The notes beneath the pieces are model-generated. The model saw nothing but the letters and a program-made list of their open reading frames with translations, made no database searches and was not told the DNA's origin. DNA of 64,000 nucleotides from Geosiphon pyriformis uo1 (lineage: Eukaryota; Fungi; Glomeromycota), in assembly GCA_016748015.1 (NCBI GenBank), contig JAAOMT010000384.1:124001-188000 (forward strand), in the 5' to 3' direction. Numbering within the stretch: the first letter of the stretch is position 1; the number at the start of each line of letters is the position of its first letter. Positions 63,130-64,000 of this stretch are shown here, piece after piece. Position numbers and translations under genes: made by a program.

Positions 63130-64000
63130 CCATATTCTTCTCATATTTTATCATAGTATCTTACTTTAGACATCTTAATTAGAACAAATCACTTTTTACA
63201 AAAACCAAATAAAAATTAAATATTCGAAAACCAAATTCTTAAATTATTATACTTGAAATTCTCTCAACACAACTAACGTTTTGAAATTGATTAGCTACCA
63301 ATTTCAATAAACTGTTAGGTACTCCAGGCCTGGATAGAAAACATTTCCCTTGACAGAATTCTATTTCTTTTACATTTCTTTTATTTTCTTTCTTTTTTTT
63401 CTTATTATAATCATTAGGGTAGCCTACAGACAAGATTCCTGTAAAAAAGTTGACTTTTACAGCAAAGTAATTACACATTTTTAGTGAGCTTCCAGACAAG
63501 CAATTTCTGGAAAAGAGTTGACATTTACTACAACATAACTACACAAAGTAACTGGCACGGAATTGGCTATTTTACTTATAAGTCCAGCAGTTCAAATTAT
63601 AGAAGATAATTTGAAGATAAATTCAGTTATTGGAGGTTCAACTACTTCTAGAAAATGTGAATTTAAAACAAACAAACATTAATAATATTTAAGAAAAGAG
63701 ACCAAAAACTTCCGGTAATAATGTTCTGGCTACATTTCCCTTAAAAAATACTAGTAAAAAGCTGCCTTTAGTGGCTTCTAGTTCATTTTTTTCACACTTG
63801 GTTAGTAGTTCTTCTTCAGTTAAAGTTCTTTCCAAAAAACACATTCGGGTTAGTCCCAGTGTTGTCTTTACCACTTCAAAAAGCCCAAAGATTTTTAATA
63901 ACAGATCAGTCAACAAAGTTGGTCTTTTCTGCTCTCATCACTCTCATTACTACTTTTACTACTACTGCTTCACAAACGGCCACTAAAGCAAAAAATTCCA

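Larger units (their letters stand above)
52945..63720 (+). mobile_element. Gypsy family C (dUTPase-bearing), full length
   Basis: 5' LTR 52945-53923; PBS tggtgctctct at 53926; PPT ~61847-61860; 3' LTR 61861-63720 with a nested solo LTR; flanks ACAT and ATGT. Confidence 0.95.
52781..64000 (+). mobile_element. ORF1-only-type retroposon, copy c (5' part), split by element C; runs off the window
   Basis: MTTNKAKSKKVANITFPIVTNK..AARQN (52829-52944) continues at 63721 (VLATFPLKN..); matches the 5' end of copy b; absence of ORF2 cannot be verified here. Confidence 0.8.

Noticed and set aside
1-64000. Host protein-coding genes or prokaryotic defence systems
   Set aside because: Every recognisable coding segment belongs to a retroelement

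Overview
An AT-rich eukaryotic window made almost entirely of nested, mutationally decayed retrotransposons. I found no host gene. The protein style resembles repeats of Glomeromycotina (arbuscular-mycorrhizal-type) fungi; this is from memory and unverified. Family labels below are mine. (1) Ty3/Gypsy-type LTR elements: A and C carry a dUTPase; B has three full copies; D is a solo LTR; E is an old, fragmented host element. Readable TSDs are 4 bp and the readable PBSs look like elongator tRNA-Met. (2) Three autonomous-type LINE copies with ORF1 (RRM/CCHC) and ORF2 (APE-RT-RNaseH), one of them full-length. (3) Three copies of an ORF1-only poly(A) retroposon, two complete with TSDs. Most unusual points: the Gypsy elements share a four-module layout, gag / PR-RT-RH / separately initiated integrase / conserved unknown ORF4. 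Family B has a U-UUA-AAC -1 frameshift site, and its LTR carries two boxes matching the anticodon arm of its primer tRNA-Met. One ORF1-only element shares its 3' tail with the autonomous LINEs. C>T/G>A decay is pervasive, including an ACGT TSD that decayed to ACAT on one side and ATGT on the other.
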